A DNA stretch of 60,113 bases. Origin: Gekko japonicus (lineage: Eukaryota). The stretch is taken from NCBI RefSeq assembly GCF_001447785.1, contig NW_015163644.1, positions 138,158 through 198,270 of the forward strand, read 5' to 3'. The notes under the pieces were generated by a model. The model ran no database searches. It saw only the letters and a list, made by a program, of their open reading frames with translations, and was not told the origin of the DNA. Shown one piece after another: positions 12,232 through 26,021 of the stretch. Position 1 is the first letter of the stretch. Every line of letters begins with the position of its first letter. A program made the translations under genes and the position numbers.

Positions 12232-13196
12232 TGTCATGACTCAGGTGGGGTGTCACCTGATGCTGCCACCACTCTGGATTTAAGTTCCCTTGAGAAGGCT
12301 CAGAGTACCCTCCTGTCAGCAAGCTGCCATGTTCTTGGGACATGTCTCGTCCCTTTCCCATCCCTGCCTTTCCCTCACTCCTATAGTTGTTATTCTTTTC
12401 ATGTTAGGCATCTGTAACTGCCAAGGTTCTCCAGCTGGTGTGATGGGGTATTGTGTCTTTACGCTCTGGCTTGTTTAGGTTTCCCGTGTGAACTCAACTT
12501 GTGTTTATGGAACTGGCCGTTGCTGCTCTCAGGCCGCTTCGCGCCTTTTCTAATCTGTAACCTAACGAGGGAAATGAGCTCATTGGTCTAAACCTTGTTT
12601 GAAGTTCCTTTAATACACCTTCCCTGGTTATTGTAGTTATTCCTAACAATCTCTGTATGTTCATGATCAACCATGCTTTGGAAATAAATCTTGCTTCTTT
12701 TTGAACGTGGATCTATTCTCCTGATTTGGGATCTAACACCTCCCAAGACTTTCAGACCTCCCTTTAGGCCGAATAACAGGTGTGAGGACCAGGCAGAGTA
12801 AAACAAGGAAAAGGTTTATTTTATAGGAGGTCAAACAACAAGGTGCAGAATAATAACAGTAAGTGGGTGAAAAGAAAAGAAATCAAATGCCCTAACGCGT
12901 CTAAATTTACTTTCCCTAGCTCACTATCTCAAGTGGCCTTGCACTACTCACCCCTCCCTCAGGATGAGGGTTTTTCCCCTGCAGCAACCTCTCTTCTGGC
13001 TCTGCCCTCTGGAAGAAAGAACAGCTCTTCCTGCTGCTCCAGAACATTTATTCCCAGCCCTTCTCTTTTCCTATTGGTCCATTTTGGCTCCAAAACATCC
13101 CAGGGGCTTCTGGGAGTTGTAGGCCCAGCCTCACCTACTGCTAGCCAGGCTCCTTGGGCCTAGTAGGCCTCTGGTGGTACAGCCCAGATCATGACA
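12232..13196 (-). mobile_element. Solo LTR (965 bp)
   Basis: Termini TGTCATGA...TCATGACA, exact 5-bp TSD ATACT, and minus-strand AATAAA at about 12815. Confidence 0.85.
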
Positions 13197-13549
13197 ATAC
13201 TTCTAACTTTTCCAATAAAAGTGATGTAGCACTGGTCCTTTTAATATGTAACATGGAAATAAAGGAGAAAATTATGTTTGGGACAATGCTGAAAACTACC
13301 CCCACCACAACAAATCCCTGCTATTGAATTGCCTTAATTATGCAAATGTAAAGATAATCATACAAATGCTAAAATTTATATCATAGGACATATTACAACA
13401 ATATTACATTATAAATTTTGAATGCTATATATCATATGGAGGATAATCTTTTTATTTGCTACTTTATGTGGTGTATCCTACTACTATTGTTCATTGTGAA
13501 GAATACCCATTTAAATTATGCTATTACTACTCTTATGCATAATATTATG

Positions 13550-13780
13550 TATTTATTTTTATTTACTTCATTTATACCCTCTTTCTCTCCAATGGGGACC
13601 CAAAGTGCCCTACATCATTATCCTCTTCTTCATTTAATGCTCACCACAACCCTTTGAAGTAGATTAGGCTCAGTGTGGGGGTGGCTAAGGTCACCCAGCA
13701 AGCTTCCATTGTGGAGTGGGGATTTGGAACCTGGGACTCCCAGATCCTAGTCCAACATTCTAACCACCCCACTGGCTACA
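13550..13780 (-). mobile_element. MIR/Ther1-related tRNA-derived SINE (Squam3-like)
   Basis: cacaaccct..aggt..ccaaggtcacccagc..gagtggggatt.gaacc core with (TAAA)n-type tail. Further copies at about 28950-29162 and 53665-53946. Confidence 0.7.
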
Positions 13781-16700
13781 TAATATATGACCATTCCATG
13801 TTGATTTTCTGTTTATCAGTATACATTTATAATCAGAAGGATTATAAAGGTGATACTGGTTCTCTTTATAACCTACAACTGTATATATAGTTGGCTACCT
13901 GTTTGGGAGTAAACTCTGTTGAACTTAGCCTACCTCTGAATAAACATGCAAAGAATTGAACTGTAAGAACCATTCACAATTAATGTTTATCTATTATATA
14001 CAATTCCTCAAGGCCCAATTAATACTTTATTTTTTTTATGCTGTAATAGCCAATATAACTGAGGCATACTTCCCTGTTTTGTCTGGTGTTTTATATGACA
14101 AAAATAAAATGAAAAATACTGCCATGGAAGGTACAAGGTTTGCCTCCCAGTTTCAGGCTGCAAACCGTTGCTCTAATTTGGAATCAGAATTCTTTTTCCA
14201 AATAATTTAAAATTATTGACAAGGTATGACCTTTCACACAGACTCATGAATCAAGCATATGTAGCATTCTCTGTTGTAAAGAACATCACATACATTATTA
14301 ATAAATGGCTCGGCTGGCTGAAGTGAAAATTCTATACTGGGAATTAACATTTGCTCAAAATAATTGCCAGCTGTCTGTGGTTAGGTTGTAGTACAGAAGG
14401 TTTATTGCTAAACTGGTGAGAGAAACCTCAGCATGAAGGGAAATTGATGATGGTCAAAGGATTTGAAAGAGGGATTGTATGCAACTAAACCTACTTTCCC
14501 CTCAGATAAACAGTCTTTGCAAGTTTTTGCATTGCTTCAAAAGCTTGCAAAACTTATTTGACCAAAGGCCTGGGACAAAAGTGTGTGTGCACCAAACAAC
14601 ATGTCATTCATGGTGGATTCAGCTGGACCACAGTGGACCAGCAGTTGTTGTTGCCTCAGGGAATGTTTATTGCCCCAGTACTGAAGGACCACTTCCCTGT
14701 TGCCTAGGCAACTAAAGCAGTGCTTTTCCTACCACCACTATATAAAAGTCAGTAGCTTTCTAGCATGAACCAACACTGTTTGAATTTGCCAGCCTAACTT
14801 CTAGAAGACTCAGAAATACTGGTAGTGCTGGCATCATTGTAGAGCTAGAGCTACAGTTGAGGCGTTAAGCACACACACCCCATTTGATTGCTTACCTCAT
14901 CCTCATTCTGCCTGTCCTCCCATAGTCTGCAGTAATCTGAAGCAATGGGATGGGGGAACCAGCAAAGGATGAACTCTTTAAGGATACTGCAGGGGAGTAA
15001 GCAGCCTTAGGAACAAGGAAGCACAGAAGTCTTGGCGGTATTGACAGCAGTAAAATCCCTCCTATCTGCAATCCACATGTAAGAACATAAGAAGTAATAA
15101 AGTAGGATCAGTGTATTGGAGTTCTGCACCATAAATTCAAAGGCTGCCCTGGGGGATAATCAGCCTCATATTCCCTAGATGTACAAAGGGTGGATAGGTG
15201 GTGGTGGTGGTGGTGATGGTGATGAGGGAGGGACGGAGGGAGGATTTATTCAGGGGTTCATTGCCTGAATGTTCATTGATTCCTGCAGTTACCTGGATTG
15301 TGTTACGGTCAGTTTGATAGAACAAGACATTAGAGGTATGCACTTTTTGAAAATCCATATTAGTTTCAGACCCAGAATTCAGGGAGGGCACTGGTACCAT
15401 TAGCTTGATTTTTCAAGATTATCACTACCATTTTGGGATGGGGTGGTGAACATGGAATTTTGAGTCCATCTAAATTATTTATTGTGATGTTAGCATCCCT
15501 CTTCCCTTTAAATTTTACAAATCCATTTCCCATAGAACATAATGGTCTTTTAAGAGGTGTTGACTAACAGCTGAGAGGGTTGAGTTGACCCGGTGTCACC
15601 CTCATGTCTCTTTAAATTTTAAAAGGCAAGAAAGGACTTGAATGGGCCCAGAGTGACTATGCAGACTATCATCCCAACTGAAGGCTTTCCTCTTCCTCTG
15701 GCATCGGAAGCAGCAGATTCTGCCCCTGCAGCCACTAAGGATTGGGCCGGTCGGCCAGCCAGCTGATGGGCTCCTGAGGTCCTGCAAGGTTTGGCTACTT
15801 CATCAAAATCTCCTAGACATTAAACCAGACTTACCCATAGGAAACAATGAGACCATTATTTCCTATGGGTCTACGTGGCCTATCATTCATAGGAGTTTTC
15901 CATGAGGCAACCAAGCCTTGAAGGACTCCACAATCCCACCTGCCATTTTACAACTGTAGGGATGGGTTCTGCTGTGTCTGATGCCTCCAGACAGGACAAT
16001 GCTAGCATGGTAAGTCCAGGCCAGTTTGGTCCTTCCTTCCCTTTTCAACCCATGTGGTTAAAAAGACCATCACATATAACACCACAAACTCTCTTAATCT
16101 TGAACATAATGCTTTTCAATTGAGTGAGTTCACACACAACTTCTAACCATAAAGAAGTACATACATCAAATACAGAGAAAGCAAATTATGTACAAATTAA
16201 TTATAACAATCCCCTGCCCCTATTATTCTGCTCCTCCTTGCTGTCACTCTCCTTCCTTCCTAGGGTTGCTAGCCAAGGGCTGACAACCCCTGGGTGCCTT
16301 GGGGGAAGAACTTGGCTTAAAATCATAGCGATATGGGGGACTGGTAGAATGCTGTGGTGATGTGTGACATCATATCCAGTTATGCAGCAGGAAATGATGT
16401 GGCATTATCACAATGGCACTTTTTCTTGGAAAATTTATCCTGCTGCTGCACCAGGTAATAGCAGGAAGAGGTCTCCCACTATTGGGGGGGAGAGAAAGAC
16501 CTGGTCCTTTTATTCCCTACCTCCCTCTTCTATCATGTCAGTATTTGGCTTTTCTCCTTTTTTCCATTGCCAATTTTGAAAGTAAAATAATTCACACAGT
16601 TTCTATAACAATGTGCTCACGTACTTACATGAGTCTGAGGACAGAATATGGATTTCCTCCAAACAGAATTTGGCTTCTTTAAAGGTCCAATCAAATAACA

Positions 16701-17115
16701 CAGCTCAGTTTCTGACTGTGCTAATGGTAGGATCTGTTGGACATCTTTCTGTTTTGAAGAATTTAGGAGGTACTATATAACTTTTTATTAAACTTGATAT
16801 TATAGTTTAGCATCATAGGCATGGTCTGTGATTAGTAGAAATGACTGGTGAGGTCTTGAATATATGCACTAATTTGTCTCTGTGACCAGGAGAAGCAAAG
16901 GAACAATCACTGCTTTTTTCCCCCTTTTGAATTTTCACAGACCAAATAAAATGGCTGCATTAAGAGCCCACTGGGAAACCTTAAAAGACTCCTCTGTTGA
17001 AGCCTCAGAGTACGATGGGGACATGGTTTACAGTTTTGAAAGGACATTGATGTATCTGATGTTCCAAGCACAAAAGCAAAGTCCAGATGACTTCTTCCAA
17101 AGAAGCCCTCATTAA

Positions 17116-17207
17116 CAATGCAATCTTACAGGGAGTTATTTTAGTCTAAGCCCATTGATTTCAATGTTAATGGGCTTATGCTGGAATAACTGTATAGAAT
17201 TGCATTG
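17116..17207. mobile_element. Short palindromic MITE
   Basis: caatgcaatc...taagcccatt / aatgggctta...gaattgcattg fold-back. Confidence 0.55.
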
Positions 17208-17360
17208 TGAGTTAATTGGGCAGTCTGATGTAAACCTTCAGTTTATTATAAGTTTACGAAATGAAGTCTCTTGGGAGCATTATGCCTCACTTTCTCATCA
17301 GCAAACAGGATACAAAACGACCTTTGGTACTCACCGTGAGAGGTCCTTCTCCTCTGAGGA

Positions 17361-17692
17361 CTGGAGGACATCTGATTGTGGGTGATTCCCACCCTCCTTT
17401 CAGGGAGGCAGGACTTCCAAGAACTTCCTGTTTCCTGTGTGGGAGTGAAGTAGAGAATCCAGGGAGAAAAAAACCTGAAGGGAAAAAAGGGGAAGAAAGA
17501 GAGGTTAGTGCAAGGAAAAGAAAGGGAAAGATGAAAGCAAGGTTTGGCAAAGCCTAAAAACGCTGCTCTCCCTCTTGAGGCAGGAAAAGAACTGAGGATG
17601 AGGGTGACTCCCACACAGGAAACAGGAAGTTCTTGGAAGTCCTGCCTCCCTGAAAGGAGGGTGGGAATCACCCACAATCAGATGTCCTCCAG
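17361..17692. repeat. Perfect 86-bp inverted repeat (17361-17446 / 17607-17692), 160-bp purine-rich spacer, DIRS-terminus-like
   Basis: Arms checked base by base as exact reverse complements. The repeat extends imperfectly to about 17348/17704. Confidence 0.92.
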
Positions 17693-18719
17693 CTCAGAGG
17701 GAGAAAAGCACATTGTCTGTACAGTTTATCACCCACCTGTAATACAATTTAATGCAAAAACTTCTTGAAGACAAAAGACATTAAAGCCTTGACAGCTCAC
17801 TCAAAGTTTCAAAAGCTAATATTAATATAACCTAGTCAGTAAACTATAAAGCTCTATGTGAAGAATGCATTCTCTTTTTTCATGCAGTTTGGTCAATTGA
17901 GTGGAGGAAATGACATTGCCCCGGAAATGCAGTCTGTGGCTTCATTGCTTGGTGACATTACTTTTCCTTTCTTGCTGTTGCTTCTCACAACTGTTTCTTG
18001 AAAATTTTCCCTTTGTATATTTTGCTGTGATTTAAGCAGCACTGGTCAGGTATGGCTTTTTCCAAGGTTGCCAGGCATGCAGCATTCTCCGCTACCTTTA
18101 CAAGATGTTTACAGATCCCACAGTGATCATTCAAGAGCTGGTAATTCTATGGAACTGAACTCCTGGGTTGAGTTAAAACTCAGTACTAATATTATACTAC
18201 TGTATCTTATCAGTATGCTGATCCTTCCACATTCAAAGGGTCTCTGCTCCATATCTGCACAGACAAGAAGAAATTGCACCCAATCCTATAGCTGTGTTTT
18301 ATTCCAAGATCCAAGTGATAGGTTTGCAAAGCCAAGGCTGGAACTTACTACTACTGATCTTAGCAGAAAGAATTTTAATGCGACACCACAATTGCTCGCA
18401 TTTTCTTCCTTTCATAACCCTGTGCTTAGTTTTCAGTATTGTGTACAAAAATGCATGGTGGCACATTTTATAGTATGTAATCTTATAGATCATGTAATTT
18501 TATAGATGTAATCTTACTCTTACAGAAACAGAGCCGCTCTTACAGGTCATACAAGATATACAGTTTTGACAGTTCCCACTTTTATGCATATCATAATATT
18601 TTAAATTTGAAGTGAGTCTTTTTGGTATGTCACCCCTTCTCAGAACATATTTTGGGGTTTTTTTTGGTTTTTACTCTCTGGAGATTATGTAAATTTATTT
18701 TTCTTCCCCTTCGTTCCAG

Positions 18720-18859
18720 GTCACAGTCTTGGCTCAACAAAGGTGTCTCGTGCACAGACATTTCCCAGCTACACCTCGGAGCAGAGCGAGGAGCATGAGC
18801 AGCGCCTCTCACTGTCTAGCAGTTATGGATTCAGCTACAGCTCAGGCCTCCTCCAATGA
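18720..18859 (+). CDS. DOK6: DOK6 (docking protein 6) final coding exon
   Basis: Acceptor ttcttccccttcgttccag|G (phase 1), then (G)HSLGSTKVSRAQTFPSYTSEQSEEHEQRLSLSSSYGFSYSSGLLQ*. This closely matches the remembered human DOK6 C-terminus (GHGFGSSKMSRAQTFPSY...SSSYGFSYSSSLIQ). DOK6-CD226 tail-to-tail synteny is known. Frame not in the ORF track; no upstream DOK6 exon found in the window. Confidence 0.96.
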
Positions 18860-20372
18860 CACACAGACAGTGTCTGACCTGAGAGACAGTCTAGCGTGGA
18901 ACCTGCCTGTGGGGCCCAGGAGCCGCTCGTCCCTTCCTCAACATCCACAGACAAGAAACAGTAGTGGAAATGAAGGGTGTGAGTCTCCAGGCTGGTGCTG
19001 GTGAAGGTGAAAGCTTGGATCACTGCTTCCCCAAGGCAGAATCTAAGTGTTATTTATTTAAATTTTATATTGATTTTTGTCCATGTTTTAGAAAAAGAAA
19101 TGATTTCTCTCTGAAATCCTACAGGTGTGTGGTTGAGGTTTCTGCATGCCTCAAACACTGCCTGCTCTGGCGAGCAGAGTGTCTCCATGTGTGTGGGGGG
19201 GGACAACATAGTATGTTGTCAGTGTGCAGCTCTTGCCAATCAACTCTGTTGTCAGATTTGCTCATCCACAACAGAAGCCACCTTCACTCTAGGTGTCAGC
19301 CCACCAACTGTTTCATCATTACACAAATATTGCTCAATGAACAAAACTTCTAAAGGGTACTTCCCAAATTCAGGATGTAAATCTACCAACAGTTACACAC
19401 AGTTCAGTCCCAGTGTCTTGAATGGGATGTACGCATGAGTAATTTTAGGACTGTAACCTAACATTGCATCCATGAAATGAAGCCAAGGACTCATCATCAG
19501 AGTCTCATAAATACAGTAAAAAAAAAAATATGACAGAGGAATCAATAGATACTTTCAGCGGAGTGGCATGGCAGTGCTTAATAGCCCTTCAGAAATAAAT
19601 TGTGTTGTATATTAAGAAGTCATTTTCCTAAAATATTTCCCACACTGAATTTTTGTGGCCAGATTCTGCTCTGAAGCTATGTACATTCTGAACCTAATAC
19701 TCCACAGTATTCCATTGTGGACAGGGATCATAGATATCAAGAGGAGACGGTGGAACAGTGTATTGTCTGTCTTCCCATTGTAGATAATATTTTAAAAGTG
19801 AAAACTGGATTTAGAGACAGTACATTTCTGACTTGTGTATCGTGCTGGGTATGATTGAAACCATATTGCTGGGAGGAATTCCCATAAGCCACAGTTTTAT
19901 AGGTCCAGAAGCTTGCCTAGTAGAAATAAAAATAATATTTAAGTTTCTGGTCTTATTGAAATCTAGTAGCAAATAATGATTGCTTTCCCTGATGTCCCGT
20001 TTAGCAAGAGGCTAGATTATTAATACAATCATGGATCAGTTGTGGCAAATTTCCCCATCCATTTATCTTCTTGCATGGTTGACTTTTTAAACAGACTCTG
20101 TAGAATGAACAGTCATGTGGGACTGAGTTGTGGGGAGTTGCTTTTTTTTAAAAAAATCTTGCTAAACTTATTTTAAATAAAACAAAATCTAATGGCAACT
20201 TAGAGACTAACAACATTTATTTCAATATGAGCCTTCATGGGTCACAGAGGGACTCATAGGGTAATTCACACCAAGCCTTGACTCTTCCCTCATCAACCTG
20301 CCCCAGTATGGTTTTTCCATCATATGTCTATCTGTGACTTACAAAAATGCATATTGAGATAAATGTTGTTAG

Positions 20373-20789
20373 CAGGGATCATTTCGTAGAAAAAGAGGTG
20401 CAGGAGCTCATTAGCATAACTCATTAGCATAACTTATTTACATATGCCACACCTCCTGACATCACCGGAAGTGTGTCAGAAGGCAACACCCACCGCTCAG
20501 GCTCCACTGGACTGTTTTGGATTACTAGCTATTGCAGGGGGGAGGGGAACGTGCAGATCTGTCCTCACAGAGGAGGGAGAGCTTGTACCTGAATAAAACT
20601 TGGTCTTAAGGGTGCCCCTGGTCTGTTTTGGAGGGAGCCAGGGGGAGTTCTGCAACTTACCTGGCTGCTTCTTGCTCTGACTGAGAGCTGCTGGGAGCAG
20701 GGGGTGGGGCTTGTTACATGTGCCCCGCCCCCTGGGCTCTTTACTGCCGGAGCTCCGCTCCTGTGCACTCCTGCAGGAAATGATCCCTG
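20373..20789. mobile_element. hAT-type MITE inserted in a Penelope-like remnant
   Basis: TIRs CAGGGATCATTTC / GAAATGATCCCTG and 8-bp TSD GTTGTTAG / ATTGTTAG. Confidence 0.85.
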
Positions 20790-21569
20790 ATTGTTAGTCT
20801 TAAGGTGCCACTCAATTTTTATTTTATTTTGACATTACTTACCCCTTTGCAGTGAATTTCCATTAGTACATTGTGCCAGAAGGTTTCAATCATTTTCCCC
20901 CCAAAGATGTGGAAATGAATAGCAGTAGCAAAACTGGATCCACCGGAAGAGTTCATACCTTCTCTATCCTCAAGCAGCCTACTATTTGTCCCAAAACTGC
21001 AACAAATGGCAGGCAGCTTGGGAAAGGGGAAGGAGGAGAAAGATCTACTCCAGAGGCACTTTCTATGAACACTTCCAGTAGATCCAACAAAATGCCTTGA
21101 AGAAATAAGAGAGGAGGAGACTAGTCCAGTACTTTTCATATTATAACTTGTGGGGAAGAACAAAGTTATAACACACGAAAGCTTATACCTTGAATAAAAC
21201 TTTGTTGGTCTTAAAGGTACCACTGGACTCAAACTTTGTTCTGCTACCCACCTGAATCAACCTGTGGGGGAGACATTGTTCTATCCTGTCTCAAGGTGAT
21301 GGCTTGCTTCCAAACAACTATGAACAGAAGGGCCTTTATGGAAAGGATACAGCAAGGAGAATTAGTGGGAAGAGGAAAATCAGACAATCGCCCTCTTTGT
21401 TTTGCTCAAGTGCTTGCTCCTTTCATGACAGCTTGCACAAGAGGGCTGGGTGCATTATGCAGCACACATGTTCATCTCATTGTCTGTGTCTTCTGCCCTC
21501 TGTAGTAGCTAGGGGACACAAAGAAGGGCTACAGAGGAGAGGAATCTAAGAAGAACCCTGCAAGCTCAG

Positions 21570-21990
21570 ACCAGTGGTGCAGCTAGTTCAGCATCCTGTC
21601 TCACACAGTAGTAGTAGCCAGGAGACACAAAGAGGGGCTACAGAGGAGAGGCATCCTGTCTCACACAGTGACCAAACAGTTACTCTACAGAGCCAAGACC
21701 TTCCCCTAATGATGTCTCCTGGCATTGGTATCTAGAGGTTTACTGTGTCCAAATGTGAAGGTCCCCTTTACTCACCACGGCTAGTAGCAGCTGATTGGTC
21801 TAACCCCTTTGTTTGTGGCCACTACATCCTCTGACAGCTAATTCCGCATTTTAATCACATGTTGAGTAAAGAAGTATTTCCTTTTGTCCATCCTGAATCT
21901 ACTGCCTATCAGTTTCATTGGATGCCCCCAAATACTATATCTACTATCTTGGGAGAGAGAGAGAGAAAGTTTTCTGTCTACTTTATCTAC
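21570..21990 (-). mobile_element. CR1 3' end fragment
   Basis: GHPMKLIGSRFRMDKRKYFFTQHVI is the CR1 ORF2 C-terminus, followed by the 3'UTR motif cagcatcctgtctcacacagtg. Similar 3' ends at about 31160-31440 (-) and 56910-57055 (+). Confidence 0.75.
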
Positions 21991-22387
21991 TCTGTGCAGT
22001 TTTATAAACTTCATAAACTGTCTTATTTTCAACCCCTTTCTTAATAATCCCCAGCAGAGGCTTTGTCTTTTTCACTGCTAAGGTCTCCTTCCCTCACAGT
22101 CTCAGCTGACCTAGAGATGTCAGGTGCCCCACTATAATAGGAGACCCTCCCAGCATCCCACTATTTTGCCTGTTGCAGCAGGAGGAAACAAAGGAAACGG
22201 AGTGCACACCTGGTGTCATTTCTTGTTTAACTAACTACAGAGATTTTATAAATTCTAGAGCATCTAATTACATCACTTCCAGTTTTTACCAGCCGTGACA
22301 TCAACATGCCTGTGTGCCGGCCTTCATCCTCTAATTTTTCTTGGAGCTTGCCGGCTGCAGCCTGACAACCCTATTCAGACCCCATTA

Positions 22388-22729
22388 AAAGGTAAAGGTA
22401 AAGGTTCCCTTGCTCGAAAGCCAGTCGAATCCGACTCTAGGGTTGCGGTGCTCATCTCCGTTTCAAAGCCGAAGAGCCAGCGCTGTCCGCAGACGTTTCC
22501 GTGGTCATGTGGCCGGCATGACTAAACACCAAGGTGCACGGAACGCTGTTACCTTCCCACCGAAGTGGTCCCTATTTATCTACTTGCAATTTCTTGCTTT
22601 CGAACTGCTAGGTTGGCAGGAGCTGGAACTAGAGACAGGAGCTCACCCTGTCTTGCGGCACCCGGGTCTTGAACCGCTGAACTACTGACCTTCCACAGCC
22701 TGCAGTTCAGTGTCTTAACCACTTGAGCC
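22388..22729 (-). mobile_element. Sauria SINE, near full length
   Basis: (ACCTTT)n tail, tRNA-like head, characteristic body, and 9-bp TSD ACCCCATTA. Confidence 0.9.
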
Positions 22730-23650
22730 ACCCCATTAGCATGCACTTAAAGCTGGGAGATTTTGTTCCAATACACAGCTTCAGTTTTCACCATCCTGAA
22801 TAATTTGGTATCATCTGAAAACTTGGCCACTACACTGCTCACCCCCAGTTCCAGGTTTTTTATGAACAGGGGAAAAGATCAGCAAATTTTCCTTCTTTGA
22901 ATTCCTGTCATTCATAGTTGTTTGGATCTAAGTCATGGTTCTTCTTGCTCTCTTCTGGGAATTTCAAATATTGATATAGCTCTGGACCTAACTGTTCTCA
23001 CATCACTTCAGTTAAGGAGAGATCATCTTCAGCCTTTCCCCACAAACCAGTTCCATGTTGCTTTGGGGCTGCAAGGTGGATGCGTGCACATACACAAAAT
23101 AGTTAAGCTTGCATTGGCAGAACGGATGTTGGAATGCACCTGCACTGAGAGTGCAATTTATATATCGGGACAGCGGAACCTGCAAAGTAATTGTCAAGGC
23201 TGTACCTTTCAGCATGTACAGAATGTCTCCCTTCTCAGTCTCAAATTATGGTTCAAGGTGTCACTCAGAATTGTTGCTTTCAAATAGGCCTCAGTTCCTG
23301 CTCAATGACTTGACCTCAGAGGGTATCACACAGGATTTCCCCCCCTCAACTAAAATGTATAAACAGCCCATTGCAATGAAAATAAGACAGGTTAGAAATG
23401 AATAGACAAGACACAGTAAAAGAGGCATAAGGGTCTGTGTATAAAAGGAATTTTTCTGTCCTCTGTAGTCTGGCCTCTTTAAGGTCACTGTAATGAATGT
23501 GTAGTAAACAGTTATCATAAAATTCACCATGAGCAGGTGGGGCATTTGTGTTCCTGAGCTTGGTTAGCAGTAGAGTTTCCTGAGATTCATTGTCATTGCA
23601 GCACAGGAAATGGGGGGAAAGGAACAGAGTCAGGCACCTCCCCCTACATA

Positions 23651-24553
23651 TATGGTTGCTAACTCCTGGCTGGGAAACTCCTGGAGATTGCAGGCCTAGG
23701 GCTTAGTAAGAAGAGGTCTTGCGGAGAGACACAAAACACACCACACAACATTTTGGAATAAAAACCAGGCCACAGCTTTTATTGATTACAGACCAAGGAG
23801 CACTGGCAAAGCATGGGGGCGGATCCTGGAAAACTGAGTGACCTGCCTGCCACTAGATAAAATGTCCCTCAGCCCGCCTGCTGGGGAAGACCTCAGGAGT
23901 GACAAATATTGGTATCACAAAGACAGCTGCCGCTGAATGGTACCATTTGAGAACCTGGCCACAGCCCTCAAGCTGGACATACCATGTGGTGGCTCAAACC
24001 CCCTGACCCCTTAAGGGAGTCACCAAAGGAGGGACGTCTCCCCCAGAAGGATCTGCCCAGATGTGCAAAATCCACCAGCTGCGACAGCAGAAGTATACAT
24101 ACACAGAAAACCTTCAAAAAGGGGATTGTGGGTGGGGATCCAAAGAAAACTGTGCTGCCAGACTCATCAGGCAGTGCTGTTTAAATAGCACCGGGCGGGC
24201 TCTACACCATCCCTGCATAGAGCCTGCCAAACCAGGCCGGCCCCTGGATGACGTGGCCAGCACATTCGCCTGAGGCTCCTACCTTGCCGACCATTAGGGT
24301 AGGGGAACCACCTTCAGACCTCTCCTGACTGAGCCCGCCCTGCAATCTGGCCCTCTTCAGTTGAGTCTTGGCCTCACTTGGGGGGCGGGTGGAGCCTGGG
24401 GGGGGGGGGTTCAGAAAAGGAGGGATCTCAACAGAGTGTAACGCCATACAGTCTACCCTCTAAAGCTGCTGTTTTGTCTAGGGGAGCTAATCTCTGTAGC
24501 TCATTTGCAATTCCAGGAGATCCCCAGGCCCCACTTGGAAGTTGGCAACCCTG
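23651..24553. mobile_element. TAGGGTTGCCA-family MITE split by a ~690-bp LTR-like insert (about 23689-24376)
   Basis: Both halves match 8177-8395. The insert has TG..GGCC / GGCC..CA ends and a minus-strand AATAAA. Confidence 0.6.
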
Positions 24554-25155
24554 GGGCCAAATGAGACAGAGTTTCTGCTGTTGCAATTTAAAGAATGGAA
24601 GAAAAGGGTGTGTTTTTATAAATGGTGTGGAAGAAATATCTGCTTTGATTAAACATTTATTGATAGATTAGGGTGGGAGACTTCCTCCTCCCAAGCCATT
24701 CCTGCAGTCTAACAGATTGCAGACTTGTACACTTCAGTGAACAGCTGCTGAATGAAGCAGGTCTGGGATCTGATGGAATTAATCATACCCCTTGCCTGTC
24801 ACTTATTTTTCCTTTATCTCACGCACCATGTTCCCACTGCTGGAGAGAACCACTTCCTCTGCAGAGCAGTGATGAGATACCTACTGCCACCATACACAAT
24901 TACTGTTGCATGTTGTTGTCAGTATGCAGATGGGCAGCTTTTGGAGCTGTGATCAGTGGTATTTGTCATTTTGAATGTAAAATCACATTCATGTGGAAAG
25001 ACTTCCTTTTAAAATATGCCATATAAAAGAACAGATTATCTAGAGGCTTCAGATCTTAACAATACTAAGTACAATGTTATGCCAGGTGAAAGAAAACTTG
25101 CTACAACCTACTAGGAAATGACAGATGCTGTGTATTCATTTAGCATTGTCTTAGG

Positions 25156-25358
25156 CAATGCTCTCTCTAAGCTGTGGAGTCTTGTGAGCAAAAATTCTTT
25201 GTGAGCTACTGACACTAAAGTTGTGAGTAAGTGATTTGGCTACTGTATAAATTAGTTTACTCTGGAGCCATCCTTCCTGAGCTAAGACAAAAATGTGTGA
25301 GCCGGAAGCTAAAAAACTGTGAACTAGCTCACACTAACTCAGCTTAGAGGGAACACTG
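25156..25358. mobile_element. hAT-type MITE (CAGTGTTCCCTCTAAG TIR family)
   Basis: Same family at 31878-32022 and 52642-52841. Confidence 0.75.
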
Positions 25359-26021
25359 GTCAGGGCAACCATGTGTAATTACTGAGGTAGATTGATGCCA
25401 GCCTCATATGAATTGTAGAGAGGTATAATGTAATGGGCATCATTCTCTGAAATATGCTAAGTTTGACCCCAGCTGAGAAAAGTAGAAAATGGGGTGTAGA
25501 CAAGGAGAACATGGCAGTACTGCTGCATGCTCCCCAGCAGCCATTTTGTGACAGGGGATGCCACCGTGTACTTGCCCAGCAACAATTTTTGAGTACACCT
25601 ACTACCCCTCCCCAGAATTACTAGGATCAACAAGCTTGTGGATCCCTGACTTAGCTGACATGGAATAAGCACCACAATTAACTTTATATCGTGCACATGA
25701 ATATTTATTGAGTTAATCAAAATAAAGGCACCCCCCCAAATGTCATGTACCCAGTGTAAGTATGAACACTGGAATGGCCCTATACATCATAAATGACAAA
25801 TTTTCGTGTCCAGTGTACTCCATTTTTTCCCTTGGTGGCAGCCAATGAAATCTGCTACAAAAGACTCCATACATTTTGCTCAGTATACTTGTGGTATCTT
25901 CAGCCTTACACGGATACAATAAGTATTTCCATTTGTCTGTATCATTTCAGCTTGTTCTCTGCTCACACATTTAAGTTTTTGAGAACTGTCTTAATTTGCT
26001 CTTATTCATAGCACAGTCTCA

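Noticed and set aside
15834-15869. 16-bp hairpin CCCATAGGAAACAATG / CATTATTTCCTATGGG as a miRNA or terminator
   Set aside because: Too short for a pre-miRNA, and it resembles internal palindromes of old DNA transposons.
17246-17768. ORFs sharing TPTQETGSSWKSCLPERR on both strands
   Set aside because: Artefact of the inverted repeat.
18729-19004. Track ORF MAQQRCLVH... overlapping the DOK6 exon
   Set aside because: Wrong frame; the DOK6-matching frame stops at 18859.
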